A stretch of 64,000 nt of DNA, taken from Sphingorhabdus sp. (GTDB taxonomy: Bacteria; Pseudomonadota; Alphaproteobacteria; Sphingomonadales; Sphingomonadaceae). Below the pieces are notes generated by a model. That model made no database searches. It saw nothing but the letters and a program-made list of their open reading frames with translations, and was not told the DNA's origin. The position numbers and the translations under genes were made by a program. Shown one piece after another: positions 1-9,981 of this stretch (position 1 is the stretch's first letter; each line of letters starts with the position of its first letter). The DNA is taken from NCBI RefSeq assembly GCF_040079335.1, contig NZ_JBEBKL010000005.1, forward strand, positions 21,511 to 85,510, given 5' to 3'.

Positions 1-239
1 TGTAACGAGTCGCCTATAGGCGCAAAGCATTACAATCTGGAGTGCTATTTTGGCGCTGTTCCATCGCGGGACGCGCGGAAAGCCTTGGATTAACGCGACA
101 TATTTTAACGGCGCTTGTAAAAAATTGTGCAGCGCAGCAACAAACTTGCGTTTGCAGCGGAAATAGGCGCTTTTGCTTGCACCATCATCGGCATCGCGCC
201 TAGAAGGCCGCCCGCAATAGACTTAGTGGAGTAATGAAG

Positions 240-1613
240 ATGGCGGCGAATTGGACGCCCGAAAGCTGGCGCAACCATGACGGCAAGCAGATGCCGACCT
301 ATCGCGATCAGCAAGCGCTGGCCGCGACGGAGGCAACGCTGCGCAACTTTCCGCCGCTGGTATTCGCCGGTGAAGCGCGCAACCTGACCTCGGAACTCGC
401 CGATGTGGCAGAAGGAAAGGCGTTTCTGCTACAGGGTGGCGATTGCGCCGAAAGCTTTGCCGAATTCCACCCGAACAATATCCGCGATACCTTTCGCGTG
501 CTGTTGCAAATGGCCGTTGTCCTGACCTTTGCCAGCAAGCTGCCGGTCGTGAAAATCGGCCGGATGGCGGGCCAGTTTGCCAAGCCGCGCTCGACCGATA
601 CCGAAGTGATCGATGGTGTAGAGCTTCCCAGCTATCGCGGCGATATTATCAACGACATCGCCTTCGAAGCCGTTGCGCGCGAGCCCGATCCCGAACGTAT
701 GGTCAAGGCATATAGTCAGGCTGCGGCGACGCTGAACCTGCTGCGCGCCTTCAGCCAGGGCGGCTATGCAAACCTGCAACAGGTGCATGCCTGGACGCAT
801 GATTTCATGGGTCGTTCGCCCTGGGCGAAAAAGTTCAAGGATGTGGCTGACCGTATCGGTGAGGCTCTGGCCTTCATGGAAGCCTGCGGCATCACGCCGG
901 AAACGGTTCCCCAGATCAAGGGTACCAGCTTCTACACCAGCCACGAAGCGCTGCTATTGCCCTACGAACAGGCGATGACGCGGCAGGATTCGCTGACCAA
1001 TCAGTGGTATGACACCTCGGCGCATATGCTGTGGATCGGCGACCGCACCCGCTTTGAGGGTTCGTCGCATGTCGAATTCCTGCGCGGAATCGGCAACCCG
1101 ATCGGCATGAAATGCGGGCCCAGCTTGGAACCGGATGCCTTGTTGAAAATGCTCGACACGCTGAACCCGGCACGCGTTCCGGGCCGGATGACGCTGATCA
1201 CGCGCTACGGCCATGACAAGATCGAAACCGGTCTGCCAAAGCTGGTGCGCGCGGTGAAGCGCGAAGGCCATCCGGTTATCTGGTCGTGCGACCCAATGCA
1301 TGGCAATGTAATCAAGTCGGCCAGCGGTTACAAAACCCGTCCATTTGAACGGATATTGGCAGAAGTGCGTGGTTTCTTCGCCGTACACCGGGCGGAAGGC
1401 AGCTTTGGCGGTGGCATCCATATCGAGATGACAGGCCAGAATGTCACCGAATGCACCGGCGGTGCGATTGCTGTGACCGATGAGGCGCTCGCAGATCGCT
1501 ATCATACGCATTGCGATCCACGCCTGAATGCGGCGCAGTCGCTCGAACTGGCCTTCTTGCTGGCAGAAATGCTCAATCAGGAATTGGCTGAACGCGCCAA
1601 GCAGGCTGCGTGA
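240..1613 (+). CDS. aroG: Class II 3-deoxy-D-arabino-heptulosonate 7-phosphate (DAHP) synthase
   Basis: Motifs [47 protein letters not shown] 240 is better spaced from GGAG than ATG 234. Confidence 0.95.
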   Translation: MAANWTPESWRNHDGKQMPTYRDQQALAATEATLRNFPPLVFAGEARNLTSELADVAEGKAFLLQGGDCAESFAEFHPNNIRDTFRVLLQMAVVLTFASKLPVVKIGRMAGQFAKPRSTDTEVIDGVELPSYRGDIINDIAFEAVAREPDPERMVKAYSQAAATLNLLRAFSQGGYANLQQVHAWTHDFMGRSPWAKKFKDVADRIGEALAFMEACGITPETVPQIKGTSFYTSHEALLLPYEQAMTRQDSLTNQWYDTSAHMLWIGDRTRFEGSSHVEFLRGIGNPIGMKCGPSLEPDALLKMLDTLNPARVPGRMTLITRYGHDKIETGLPKLVRAVKREGHPVIWSCDPMHGNVIKSASGYKTRPFERILAEVRGFFAVHRAEGSFGGGIHIEMTGQNVTECTGGAIAVTDEALADRYHTHCDPRLNAAQSLELAFLLAEMLNQELAERAKQAA

Positions 1614-1786
1614 TGACAGGCGAACGTGTTCGCATAATCCAGCGCGATGTCGTCAAATCGGGCATCGGCTTCGGCAGCGCGCTGGCGATAGTGATCAGTT
1701 ACACCGCGCATAAATCGGTATTGTGGGCGATCATCCATGGATTTTTCAGCTGGTTTTACGTCGTGTATTTCCTGCTGACGCGGTGA
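1613..1786 (+). CDS. Small membrane protein (57 aa), not in ORF track
   Basis: Hand translation [62 protein letters not shown] overlap with the aroG stop; two hydrophobic segments. Confidence 0.75.
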   Translation: MTGERVRIIQRDVVKSGIGFGSALAIVISYTAHKSVLWAIIHGFFSWFYVVYFLLTR

Positions 1787-1809
1787 GCGCCCTCTGCTAA
1801 AGACCCTTC

Positions 1810-2337
1810 ATGGGGTCGCGCCTGCTTTTGAGTTCGTTGATGCTGGGTCTGGCTGCTTGTGCCGGTCCTGTGGAAACGCGTGTGAATAGCGCAGGGCCCG
1901 GCATTGCATCATCGACGACCATCTTTCAGGAAGCTCTTCCAACCTCCTCAACTGCCGCACAAGCACGCGCTGCTGTGATCACGCTGTTAACGGAAAAGGG
2001 TTATCGCGAAACACAGGCCGGCGACGTCCAGCTTCACGTCGCCTTTGCGGAGCGCGATGCAGCGATATCGGTAAAAACCAAGTCCGGCGATACCGTGGCG
2101 GACATTGCCGCTGCCAAAGCGCACAAGCCGCTGCAGAGTTGCGCCGATCGAGAGATGCGGCTGGCGGTCACGTTGACGCGCATTACCGACGGTATAGAAT
2201 TGTATCGCGGCACGGCGTCAGAATATCATTGCAAGGCGCAAATGGTGGAGGTTCTTCCTGCTCTGGTCACCGCTGCCCTCGCCGATCTTTCGCAGCCCAA
2301 AGGTGCCTATAAAATTACGCGTCAGGGTCTGGAATAG
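1810..2337 (+). CDS. Lipoprotein of unknown function (DUF4136-like)
   Basis: Signal peptide with lipobox LAAC; 175 aa ORF. Confidence 0.7.
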   Translation: MGSRLLLSSLMLGLAACAGPVETRVNSAGPGIASSTTIFQEALPTSSTAAQARAAVITLLTEKGYRETQAGDVQLHVAFAERDAAISVKTKSGDTVADIAAAKAHKPLQSCADREMRLAVTLTRITDGIELYRGTASEYHCKAQMVEVLPALVTAALADLSQPKGAYKITRQGLE

Positions 2338-4585
2338 GATCTACCGCTTCGGGCAAGCGAAGGTGGAAACATGCGCCTTTCGTGCCATTTTCTACCCAGA
2401 CCTTGCCACCATGCCGTTCCGCAACCGCACGGACATAAGTCAGGCCAAGGCCGCTGCTCTTGATGCGCGCATCGGGCGCCGACCGAGCCGCAAATCGGGT
2501 AAACAGTCTGGGCAGCAGCTCAGGGTCGATACCCGGCCCATTATCGCAAATCGTCAGCTCGAGCATATTCCCTGCAACATCGCTGATGCGCCGGGTGGTT
2601 ACGAGTATCGAACCGCCAAGCGGGCTGAATTTGACTGCATTGTCGAGGATATTGGTAATCGCCCGGCTCAGGCTGTCCGGCTCTGCCAGCACAAATGCGC
2701 TGTCGCTTTGATCGGTGACTTCTATCGTCACTTCGCGTTCCCGCGCCAGCGGCCAAAGGTTGTCGGCAATATCGTGCGCAAGGTTGGCCAGCAAAACATC
2801 GCTGCCTTCGAACGGACTTTCGCCCATGCGCGCGACATCCACAAAGTCCTGCGCCAGCGCGATTGTCCGGCGGGCGTGACCCTCTATGCGGCGGCTGACA
2901 TCCTTGTCCGGCACGGTAGGTAGCAAGGCGATAATGGCTGACTGGGGCGAACGCATATCGTGCGACAGCAGTTGCAGCGCTTCCTCGCGATCGTTTTCCG
3001 CCTGCGCCAATGCGCTGATATCCGCCAGATAATGGATTTGCCCGACATGCACATCGACGTCGTTGACAACCGGGGCGCTACGCATAACAAAATGGCTGCC
3101 GTCAGGCGAGACAAAGCGCACAAATGGCTGGTGATCGCCGTCTGGTTCGCGCTCTATCTCTCGCAAATACTCATCAACATTGCGCCGGTGCGCGGGCGCA
3201 ACAATGCGATCGAGCAAAGATTTCAGCGTCGTGCCTTTCAGCTTTGGTCCCAGATACTCCTCGATCCGATGGTTCGCCATTGTCACTGTGCCGACGGTAT
3301 CGGTCACGAACATCGGATCGGGCAAATGCTCCAGCGAATCTGAAACAAAGCGTCGCAGATCGCGCAAGTGGTCGATGGCGCTGCCTAGGGCTGCACTTTG
3401 CCGCCCGACCAAATCGCTCCCTCGGTCGGGGTTCAGTGCCAACGGAACGATCTCGCCCTCGCGCTCGAGTTCGCCCAGTTCGCTCTGCATGAAGGCGCTC
3501 ATCGCCTGCAGACGACGCCAGCCCCACAACGGATAGACCAATATGATGCCGATCAGCGCGGCACCCGACGGAAACCAGATATTCGCAGACAAGGCGCTCG
3601 TGCTTGCCAACAACACGGTCGCAATCAGGCACAGCGAAACGATCAACGCCGTTCGGGGTTGCCAGCGCAGAAAGCCCAGCATCAATAACCACATAGGCAA
3701 AAGTGAGAGCAGGGCAATTTGCCAAGTCGGCGCCGGTGTGATGAAGCCATCACGGCGAAGTGCGGCAACCATATTTGCCATGATTTCAGATCCAGATACG
3801 ATGCCACCATCGCTGAAGGGGGCAGGATAATTGTCCCCCATTCCGGCGGCAGTAGCACCGATGATGATGTCGCGCCCTTTGACCAATTGTTCGGGAATGC
3901 CGCCTTCCAGCGCATCGGCGAAGGAAATTTCCGAATAACTGTCGCGCGGCGCATAAGGCAGGAGCAACTCCTGCCCGCAACGCGGCATTCTAGCAAATGC
4001 ACGAGAGGGCCGTGCGCCGTTGCGATACACCAGTTCGGCCAGATGCGGCCAGCGACGCTCATCGCTGGCAAAGCAGAGATTTACCCGTCGCACGATACCG
4101 TCATTGTCAAAGGTGATGTTGACGTGCCCCACTCCTTTTGCCGCCGCACCAAGTGTGGGCAGCGGATATTCGGTATCATAGGCTTTGCCATCGCTTCCGG
4201 GGCTGTGAAAATTCAGCGGCAGGAAAACCGCGCCGGACTTTCGCATCGCGTCGGCCAGTGCGCTATCATCAGCCTCATTGGCGGCTTCGCTCATCAGCAC
4301 GTCGAGCAATATGGTGCGGGGGCCGGCGGCGGCGAGTTTGTCAATCAGTCGCGCATGGATATTCCGGTTCCACGGCCATTTGCCAATCCGGGCCAGACTG
4401 GCTTCGTCGATATTGATCAACAATATCTGATCGTCAGGCTGTGGACGGGAGAACGAGGAAAGCTGGTCGTAAACCAGATTGTCGAACGCAGAAGTGCCGC
4501 GCCAGTGCGTCGCCAGTATGACGGCGAGCGTGCCGAACAAGGCAATCAAAGCCCATTCGATCAGCAATCGGCGACGAAGGTTCAT
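2315..4585 (-). CDS. CHASE2-domain sensor histidine kinase (CHASE2-TM-PAS-HisKA-HATPase)
   Basis: CHASE2 motifs IDEASL..IGKWPWNR, DNDGIVRR, IIIGATA; H-box SHDMRSP; N-box NILDNAVKF; G boxes DNGPG and GLGL. Confidence 0.9.
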   Translation of the reverse strand: MNLRRRLLIEWALIALFGTLAVILATHWRGTSAFDNLVYDQLSSFSRPQPDDQILLINIDEASLARIGKWPWNRNIHARLIDKLAAAGPRTILLDVLMSEAANEADDSALADAMRKSGAVFLPLNFHSPGSDGKAYDTEYPLPTLGAAAKGVGHVNITFDNDGIVRRVNLCFASDERRWPHLAELVYRNGARPSRAFARMPRCGQELLLPYAPRDSYSEISFADALEGGIPEQLVKGRDIIIGATAAGMGDNYPAPFSDGGIVSGSEIMANMVAALRRDGFITPAPTWQIALLSLLPMWLLMLGFLRWQPRTALIVSLCLIATVLLASTSALSANIWFPSGAALIGIILVYPLWGWRRLQAMSAFMQSELGELEREGEIVPLALNPDRGSDLVGRQSAALGSAIDHLRDLRRFVSDSLEHLPDPMFVTDTVGTVTMANHRIEEYLGPKLKGTTLKSLLDRIVAPAHRRNVDEYLREIEREPDGDHQPFVRFVSPDGSHFVMRSAPVVNDVDVHVGQIHYLADISALAQAENDREEALQLLSHDMRSPQSAIIALLPTVPDKDVSRRIEGHARRTIALAQDFVDVARMGESPFEGSDVLLANLAHDIADNLWPLAREREVTIEVTDQSDSAFVLAEPDSLSRAITNILDNAVKFSPLGGSILVTTRRISDVAGNMLELTICDNGPGIDPELLPRLFTRFAARSAPDARIKSSGLGLTYVRAVAERHGGKVWVENGTKGACFHLRLPEAVDPIPDPDA

Positions 4586-4615
4586 GTGTCGTCGCCAGTT
4601 ATTGCCTGCTGCCTA

Positions 4616-5908
4616 TCAATTCGATGCGACGATAATCTTTTCAAGGGGCGTCCAGTTGGTGTTGGTTTCGCCGTCTGCAAATTGAACAGAGCCGACCCGC
4701 CAGTAATAGTCGCCATCGGGAAGTTCGGACAGGATAATTTGCTGCTCCGTCAGGCCTGTTTCGTCAACAAAAGCAGGGCCATCGGTGTTGCCTTTGAAAA
4801 GCTGGAAATTGTAACGGATGGTTCCCCGTCCTTGGCCGCTCCACTTGAACACCCAGCCTTCGTCCGATGCGCCAGCCGTCCCGCTGACCGAGTTCAGCCG
4901 CCGTTTGAACGCATAGGTTGCAGGCAGGCCCTCAAGACCATTTGCCGAAATCGCGCGGGCGCGGAAAAAATAGTTGCCGTCGTCCAGATTTCCGAAATCG
5001 GCTGTCTCGCCCGAAACAATCTGTTCGGCAATTTGCTCTTCAAATCCGGCATCTTTGGCAATGTTTACGCGAATAGCCGGTTTCTGGTCAGACAGGGCAA
5101 AGCGGACAGAGATATCATTTTGCAGCTTGCCCGCCCCCTCTATGTTCAGCGGAGGCAGCAGGGCTTCGGTGATCGCGCTGCCATCTGCATTGACGGCCAG
5201 CCCATTGCCCGCCGGCACGGACAATGTTTCGCCACTCTTCACGCCAACCGCAAGCGCGCCTTCGTCCACTTCGGCAAAGTCGCGATTTGTATTTTCGTCA
5301 AATCGCGTCTGGAAATCGGTGCCGCGCACAGCTGAAACGGCGCGCGGGGTTCGCACCTGATACCGGTCATTCGCGGATTTGAGCGGCGCAACTTTCGAGC
5401 GGGCGCTGCCGCGATCGACCTGAAAGTCATAGTCCAAAGCGGATTCGAGGATGTAGCGGCGCAGACGAACAATCTTCAGATCGGTATTGGAGGGCACCGA
5501 AATGCGCGAGCCGTCTTCGAGCAGCAGCGAGGCAAAGGAGCCGCCTGATGTTTTTACAGCTTGGCCTTCGGCAAGAAGCAGGCCTGATGATGCAGCCTTG
5601 GCGGTGCTGCCGTCGATCATCGTGACTTGCCCCTTCACCGAAGAAAGGCGAGCGGTAGATGGCTGGAACTTCAGAAGTGCGCGGGGCAGTTTGAGGGTGG
5701 TGCCTACGGGGATCATTCGCGGATCGGCAATCCGGTTCCGCTTCTGGATGATGCGGTAATCTCCGGTGCGTAGCATATATTTTTCGGCAAGCCCGATCAG
5801 CGTATCGCCACGGACCACCTTATAGCTGATCGTATCTTCAGCCTTTGCGGGTGCGCACAGGCACATCGCAAGCGAGAATGTTGCGACGGATAAAGCCAGT
5901 TTCCCCAT
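4616..5908 (-). CDS. Secreted LysM + FecR-domain protein with C-terminal FN3/Ig-like repeats
   Basis: Start MGKLALSV with signal peptide; LysM YKVVRGDTLIGLA...IPVGTTLKLP; FecR VRTPRAVSAVRGTDF; repeats LDDGNYFFRARA and LPDGDYYWRV. Confidence 0.85.
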   Translation of the reverse strand: MGKLALSVATFSLAMCLCAPAKAEDTISYKVVRGDTLIGLAEKYMLRTGDYRIIQKRNRIADPRMIPVGTTLKLPRALLKFQPSTARLSSVKGQVTMIDGSTAKAASSGLLLAEGQAVKTSGGSFASLLLEDGSRISVPSNTDLKIVRLRRYILESALDYDFQVDRGSARSKVAPLKSANDRYQVRTPRAVSAVRGTDFQTRFDENTNRDFAEVDEGALAVGVKSGETLSVPAGNGLAVNADGSAITEALLPPLNIEGAGKLQNDISVRFALSDQKPAIRVNIAKDAGFEEQIAEQIVSGETADFGNLDDGNYFFRARAISANGLEGLPATYAFKRRLNSVSGTAGASDEGWVFKWSGQGRGTIRYNFQLFKGNTDGPAFVDETGLTEQQIILSELPDGDYYWRVGSVQFADGETNTNWTPLEKIIVASN

Positions 5909-5912
5909 GGCG

Positions 5913-6605
5913 TTACCTTTTCTCGATAGTCTCCAGACGGTACCCGTAGCCGAATACCGTGAAGATGCGAAACCCGTTTTCCGGTTTGAGGTCCAGCTTG
6001 GCGCGAACGCGCGAGATATGCATGTCGAGCGTGCGGGTTGCGAGCGCCGCCGTCGTCCGCCAAATTGTTTCCATGATATAGTTACGCGACAAGGTTCGAT
6101 CGCGGTTGCGGAAGAACATGTCGGCAAGCTCGAATTCCTTGGCTGTCAGGGTTACAACCTTACCTTCGATCGTTACCGTCTGGTCAATGCGATCAAATTC
6201 ATAGGCACCGTAAACGGCCTTTGATTCAAAGGCGCCGCTACCGGCACTTCGGCGCAACAGAGCATTGATGCGCGCCGAAATTACCACCGGATCTTCCGGT
6301 TTGGTGATATAATCGTCCGCACCGGCATTCAGAGCATCGCTAATGTCTTTCTTTGCGGTGCGGTTGGTCATCATGATAACAGGAGGGCGCTCCTGCATCG
6401 AAGACTGCATCCAGTTGAGCGTGGCCAGACCATCTTTCTTTGGCATCGTCCAGTCCATGATCACAAGATCATAGGTCTCCCGGACCAATGATTGCGACAG
6501 GGCCGCACCGTCCGAAAAAGTTGTGGCAATATGCCCCAATTCTTCGACGAGATTCTTCAGGAAACTGACGACATCACTTTCATCGTCTGCAATAGCAATT
6601 CGCAT
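5913..6605 (-). CDS. OmpR/PhoB-family response regulator
   Basis: MRIAIADDE, phospho-acceptor MDW, GADDYITKP, winged helix RTLDMHISRVRAKL...GYGYRL. Confidence 0.92.
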   Translation of the reverse strand: MRIAIADDESDVVSFLKNLVEELGHIATTFSDGAALSQSLVRETYDLVIMDWTMPKKDGLATLNWMQSSMQERPPVIMMTNRTAKKDISDALNAGADDYITKPEDPVVISARINALLRRSAGSGAFESKAVYGAYEFDRIDQTVTIEGKVVTLTAKEFELADMFFRNRDRTLSRNYIMETIWRTTAALATRTLDMHISRVRAKLDLKPENGFRIFTVFGYGYRLETIEKR

Positions 6606-6796
6606 ATATCCACCCATCTACCCACGATGGACCGACTATTCTTGAGTTCCGCCGGTCACATCGCCCTTTGGCGGCCAATTAAAGCGGATTTACAAGTTAC
6701 GCTATACAGGCGGTCGAATAGTTACGACCTTTTACAAAACTTAACCTAGGATATATATACCTAAAGTCAAAGAGTTATGTGATTTCAGGGAAAAAT

Positions 6797-6871
6797 TGGC
6801 TGGGGTGGCAGGATTCGAACCTGCGAATGCCGGTACCAAAAACCGGTGCCTTACCACTTGGCGACACCCCA
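6797..6871 (-). tRNA. tRNA-Gln (anticodon TTG)
   Basis: Reverse complement TGGGGTGTCGCCAAGTGGTAAGGCACCGGTTTTTGGTACCGGCATTCGCAGGTTCGAATCCTGCCACCCCAGCCA; cloverleaf, GGTTCGAATCC T-arm, encoded CCA. Confidence 0.96.
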
Positions 6872-6945
6872 GCAGCCTAAGCCTGACCGGCTCGGGAGAG
6901 CGGCCTTATAGCGTTCAAAAACCGCTTGGCAACACGTGCTGTTGC

Positions 6946-8055
6946 TTAATTGATGCGATCAACCCATCCATAAGGATCGGGTGCGGCGCCGCGCTGAATT
7001 TCAACCAGTTTGGCGCGCAATTTTTGCGTGAGTTGGCCAGGGCCGCCGCTGCCGATCGTGAAACTGCCTTGCGATCCATGAACGCTGCCGACTGGTGTTA
7101 CGACCGCTGCAGTGCCGCACGCAAAGGTCTCGATTAACCGCCCGCTTTCCGCATCGGCGCGCCACTGGTCGATGGCGTAATTCTCTTCGCGGACTTTCAG
7201 GCCCTCCTCGTGCGCCAGCTGTATCAGCGAAGCGCGGGTGATGCCTTCGAGGATCGTGCCGTCGGTGGGCGGCGTGATGATGCTGCCATCATCGAATACG
7301 AAGAACAGGTTCATGCCACCCAGTTCTTCAACCCAACGATGCTCTGCTGCGTCGAGGAAGACGACTTGGTCGCAGCCCTGAGCAATTGCCTCCTGCTGGG
7401 CAATCAGGCTTGCGGCATAATTGCCGCCACATTTGGCCGCACCGGTTCCGCCCGGCGCAGCACGTGTGTAATTCTCCGAAATCCAGATCTTGATCGCCGG
7501 CGCGCCGCTCTTGAAATAATTGCCAGCGGCCGAGCAGATGATCATGAACAAATATTCGGACGAGGGTTTGACGCCGAGAAACACTTCGCTCGCGAACATA
7601 AAGGGGCGAATGTAGATCGATCCGCCCTCAACCGGCGGGAACCAGGCTTTGTCTGCGTCGATCAGCGCCTTTATCGAATCGATGAACAAGCTTTCGGGTA
7701 TTTCAGGCATGGCAAGGCGGCGCGCCGACTGGTTAAAGCGCCGCGCATTGGCATCAGGCCGGAACAGCGCTATCGATCCATCGGCAAGGCTATAGGCCTT
7801 CAAGCCTTCGAAAATTTCCTGCGCATAATGCAGCACGGCGGTTGCAGGATCGAGCGTCAGCGGGCCGCGCGGGCCTAGCGTCGCGCTGTGCCAGCCCTGA
7901 CCTTCGCCATATTTGATCGTGACCATATGATCGGTGAAAACTTTACCGAACCCCGGATCGGCAATCAGCCCGTCACGCACATCGTCCGCAACCGGCGAAG
8001 GATGCGGCAGGCGTTCGAGTGTCGGAAGGGCAGATTGCGACATGATAAGTTCCAT
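6946..8055 (-). CDS. ilvE: Branched-chain amino acid aminotransferase
   Basis: LHYAQEIFEGLKAY, PLP lysine in AKCGGNYA, EELGGMN, ILEGITR, CGTAAVV. Confidence 0.95.
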   Translation of the reverse strand: MELIMSQSALPTLERLPHPSPVADDVRDGLIADPGFGKVFTDHMVTIKYGEGQGWHSATLGPRGPLTLDPATAVLHYAQEIFEGLKAYSLADGSIALFRPDANARRFNQSARRLAMPEIPESLFIDSIKALIDADKAWFPPVEGGSIYIRPFMFASEVFLGVKPSSEYLFMIICSAAGNYFKSGAPAIKIWISENYTRAAPGGTGAAKCGGNYAASLIAQQEAIAQGCDQVVFLDAAEHRWVEELGGMNLFFVFDDGSIITPPTDGTILEGITRASLIQLAHEEGLKVREENYAIDQWRADAESGRLIETFACGTAAVVTPVGSVHGSQGSFTIGSGGPGQLTQKLRAKLVEIQRGAAPDPYGWVDRIN

Positions 8056-8133
8056 TTTGAAATATAATTACGAAAATCGGGGTATATAGGAAATGCTTGC
8101 ACTTAGTTATGGGCTGCGTCAAGATACGTCAAT

Positions 8134-8655
8134 ATGGCTGTCCCATCTTCTCCCTCGATAGAGACATTCTCACCTGCTGCATCGCCGCTCTTCCTGCGCG
8201 AAGATGAAGTGAGGCGCGGTGTCGAGCTTCTTTATTTCGGCTACACCCGCCTGACGCGCTCGGTTGATGAGCTGTTGGTTGATCATGGATTTGGCCGCGC
8301 GCACCACCGCGCACTCTATTTCATCGCGCGCCAGCCCGATTTGCCGGTAAATGCATTGCTCAAAATTCTGTCGATTACCAAACAGTCTCTGGGGCGCGTG
8401 CTCAATGATCTGTCCGACAAGGCTCTGGTTGAAACCCGCGCGGGGGAACAGGACAGGCGGCAGAAGCTTTTGCGCCTTACCGACGAAGGTGCAGCTTTTG
8501 AGGCACAATTGTTCGAAACCTTGCGCGTCGGTTTGTCGGCGGCCTATGCGGCGGCGGGGCAGGAGTCGGTGACGGGCTTTTGGCGCGTGCTTGAAGGCCT
8601 GATCCCTGAGGATGAACGGCAGATGGTTATGAAATTGCAGGGCAGGGGGCGGTGA
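8134..8655 (+). CDS. MarR-family regulator (PetP-like), divergent from ilvE
   Basis: LFLREDEVRRGVELLYF, GRAHHRAL, ITKQSLGRVL, DRRQKLLRLT. Confidence 0.85.
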   Translation: MAVPSSPSIETFSPAASPLFLREDEVRRGVELLYFGYTRLTRSVDELLVDHGFGRAHHRALYFIARQPDLPVNALLKILSITKQSLGRVLNDLSDKALVETRAGEQDRRQKLLRLTDEGAAFEAQLFETLRVGLSAAYAAAGQESVTGFWRVLEGLIPEDERQMVMKLQGRGR

Positions 8656-8972
8656 TGGACCCGCGTATCGAGCGATTGGAAGCGGTGATCCGCGCGCGTA
8701 AGGGTGCCGACCCGGAGTCGAGCTATGTTGCTGCGCTCTTTTCCAAAGGCACGGCCAAGATCGCGCAAAAGGTGGGCGAGGAAGCCACCGAGACGGTGAT
8801 CGCAGCCTTGCGCGAAGGACCGGAAAAGCTGACCAGTGAAGCGGCGGATCTGTTGTTCCACCTTGCGATACTGCTGGCGGACGCAGGGTTGAGCCTCGAC
8901 GACATCTTGCAAGAATTGGAGTGCCGCGAAGGCACATCCGGCATTGACGAAAAAGCCAGCAGGAAAGGATGA
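8655..8972 (+). CDS. hisE: Phosphoribosyl-ATP pyrophosphatase
   Basis: SSYVAAL, AQKVGEEATETVIAA, EAADLLFH; TGATG overlap with the upstream gene. Confidence 0.93.
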   Translation: MDPRIERLEAVIRARKGADPESSYVAALFSKGTAKIAQKVGEEATETVIAALREGPEKLTSEAADLLFHLAILLADAGLSLDDILQELECREGTSGIDEKASRKG

Positions 8973-8975
8973 CGC

Positions 8976-9353
8976 GTGCCCGTTGACGCCACTTTGCCTT
9001 ATGACGACCAGAATATTTTCGCGAAAATCCTGCGCGGAGAAATTCCCAATCGCACGGTTTATGAAGATGAATGGGCGCTCGCCTTTCATGATATCAATCC
9101 GCAGGCGCCAATCCACATTCTAGTGATCCCCAAGGGCACCTATGTCAGCTGGGATGATTTCAGCGGCAAGGCCAGCGAAGCGGAGATTGCCGGATTCATT
9201 CGTGCGGTGGGCCATGTCGCGCGGGAACAGGGGCTGGTGGCACCCGGTTACCGGTTGCTCGCCAATGCCGGGATCGACAGCCATCAGGAGGTTCCGCACC
9301 TCCATGTCCATCTTTTCGGTGGAAAAGCGCTCGGGCCGATGCTGATGCGCTAA
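8976..9353 (+). CDS. Histidine triad (HIT) nucleotide-binding protein
   Basis: NIFAKILRGEIP, HDINPQAPIH, HLHVH triad. Confidence 0.93.
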   Translation: MPVDATLPYDDQNIFAKILRGEIPNRTVYEDEWALAFHDINPQAPIHILVIPKGTYVSWDDFSGKASEAEIAGFIRAVGHVAREQGLVAPGYRLLANAGIDSHQEVPHLHVHLFGGKALGPMLMR

Positions 9354-9934
9354 ACCAGCGCCGTGTAAAGACTGAGCAGCGCTAGCAGGATGGAGGGATA
9401 AAAAGTCAGGCCAAAGCCAAAGGCCCGCCCTGCAGCACCTTTGGAATATCCACGGGTAAAGAAAATCCGTCCGAATACGAAAAGAATTGCTGCTACCAAT
9501 ATCGCATCAGTCCATTTTGGCGGGAGAGTTAGCAATGCGACTATATAGACCAGAGCTGCGATCGTGACCTGTTCGTGGGTGTTCCGCAGGATGGCCTGTA
9601 GCAGAATCGATTTTTCGGTGGCAGTCGTCGCAACCGCTGCATTCCGATCAAGAGGCTCAAAAAAGCGCTGATTGGCAACGATCATGATCGCAACCGCCAG
9701 ACAGCTGGCGAGCAAAGCGGCGATGACTGCCAAAATGCCTTTGCCGTGCAGGACATCACTTATTTCAAACATTGGCTGGTCGATGAGCAAACACGCGGAG
9801 AATGCTGCTATCGTAACCATCAGCGCCGCGAATGCGCCGTTACGGATTGCGCGTTGCTCTGAATCAAACACCATAGTCCATTTTACCCCCAAGCTTTTAT
9901 CGGTTGCACGGGAAATTTTGTTGCGCACAGCCAT
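9350..9934 (-). CDS. MAPEG-family membrane protein
   Basis: Several TM helices; NTHEQ and GRIFFTRGY...RAFGF motifs. Start uncertain. Confidence 0.7.
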   Translation of the reverse strand: MAVRNKISRATDKSLGVKWTMVFDSEQRAIRNGAFAALMVTIAAFSACLLIDQPMFEISDVLHGKGILAVIAALLASCLAVAIMIVANQRFFEPLDRNAAVATTATEKSILLQAILRNTHEQVTIAALVYIVALLTLPPKWTDAILVAAILFVFGRIFFTRGYSKGAAGRAFGFGLTFYPSILLALLSLYTALV

Positions 9935-9981
9935 TTAGGCTCTAATTTCCGCCCCAGAAATATATTTTTGGGGAGAATCTG

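Noticed and set aside
90-109. CtrA full site upstream of aroG
   Set aside because: The TTAA half-sites are 11 nt apart, not the canonical 7.
1790-6871. Integrative island at the tRNA-Gln 3' end carrying the CHASE2 module
   Set aside because: No integrase and no duplicated tRNA 3' end (att) was found.
6796-7137. 113-aa ORF (and 14882-15415, 14910-15203)
   Set aside because: These overlap tRNA genes and are spurious translations.
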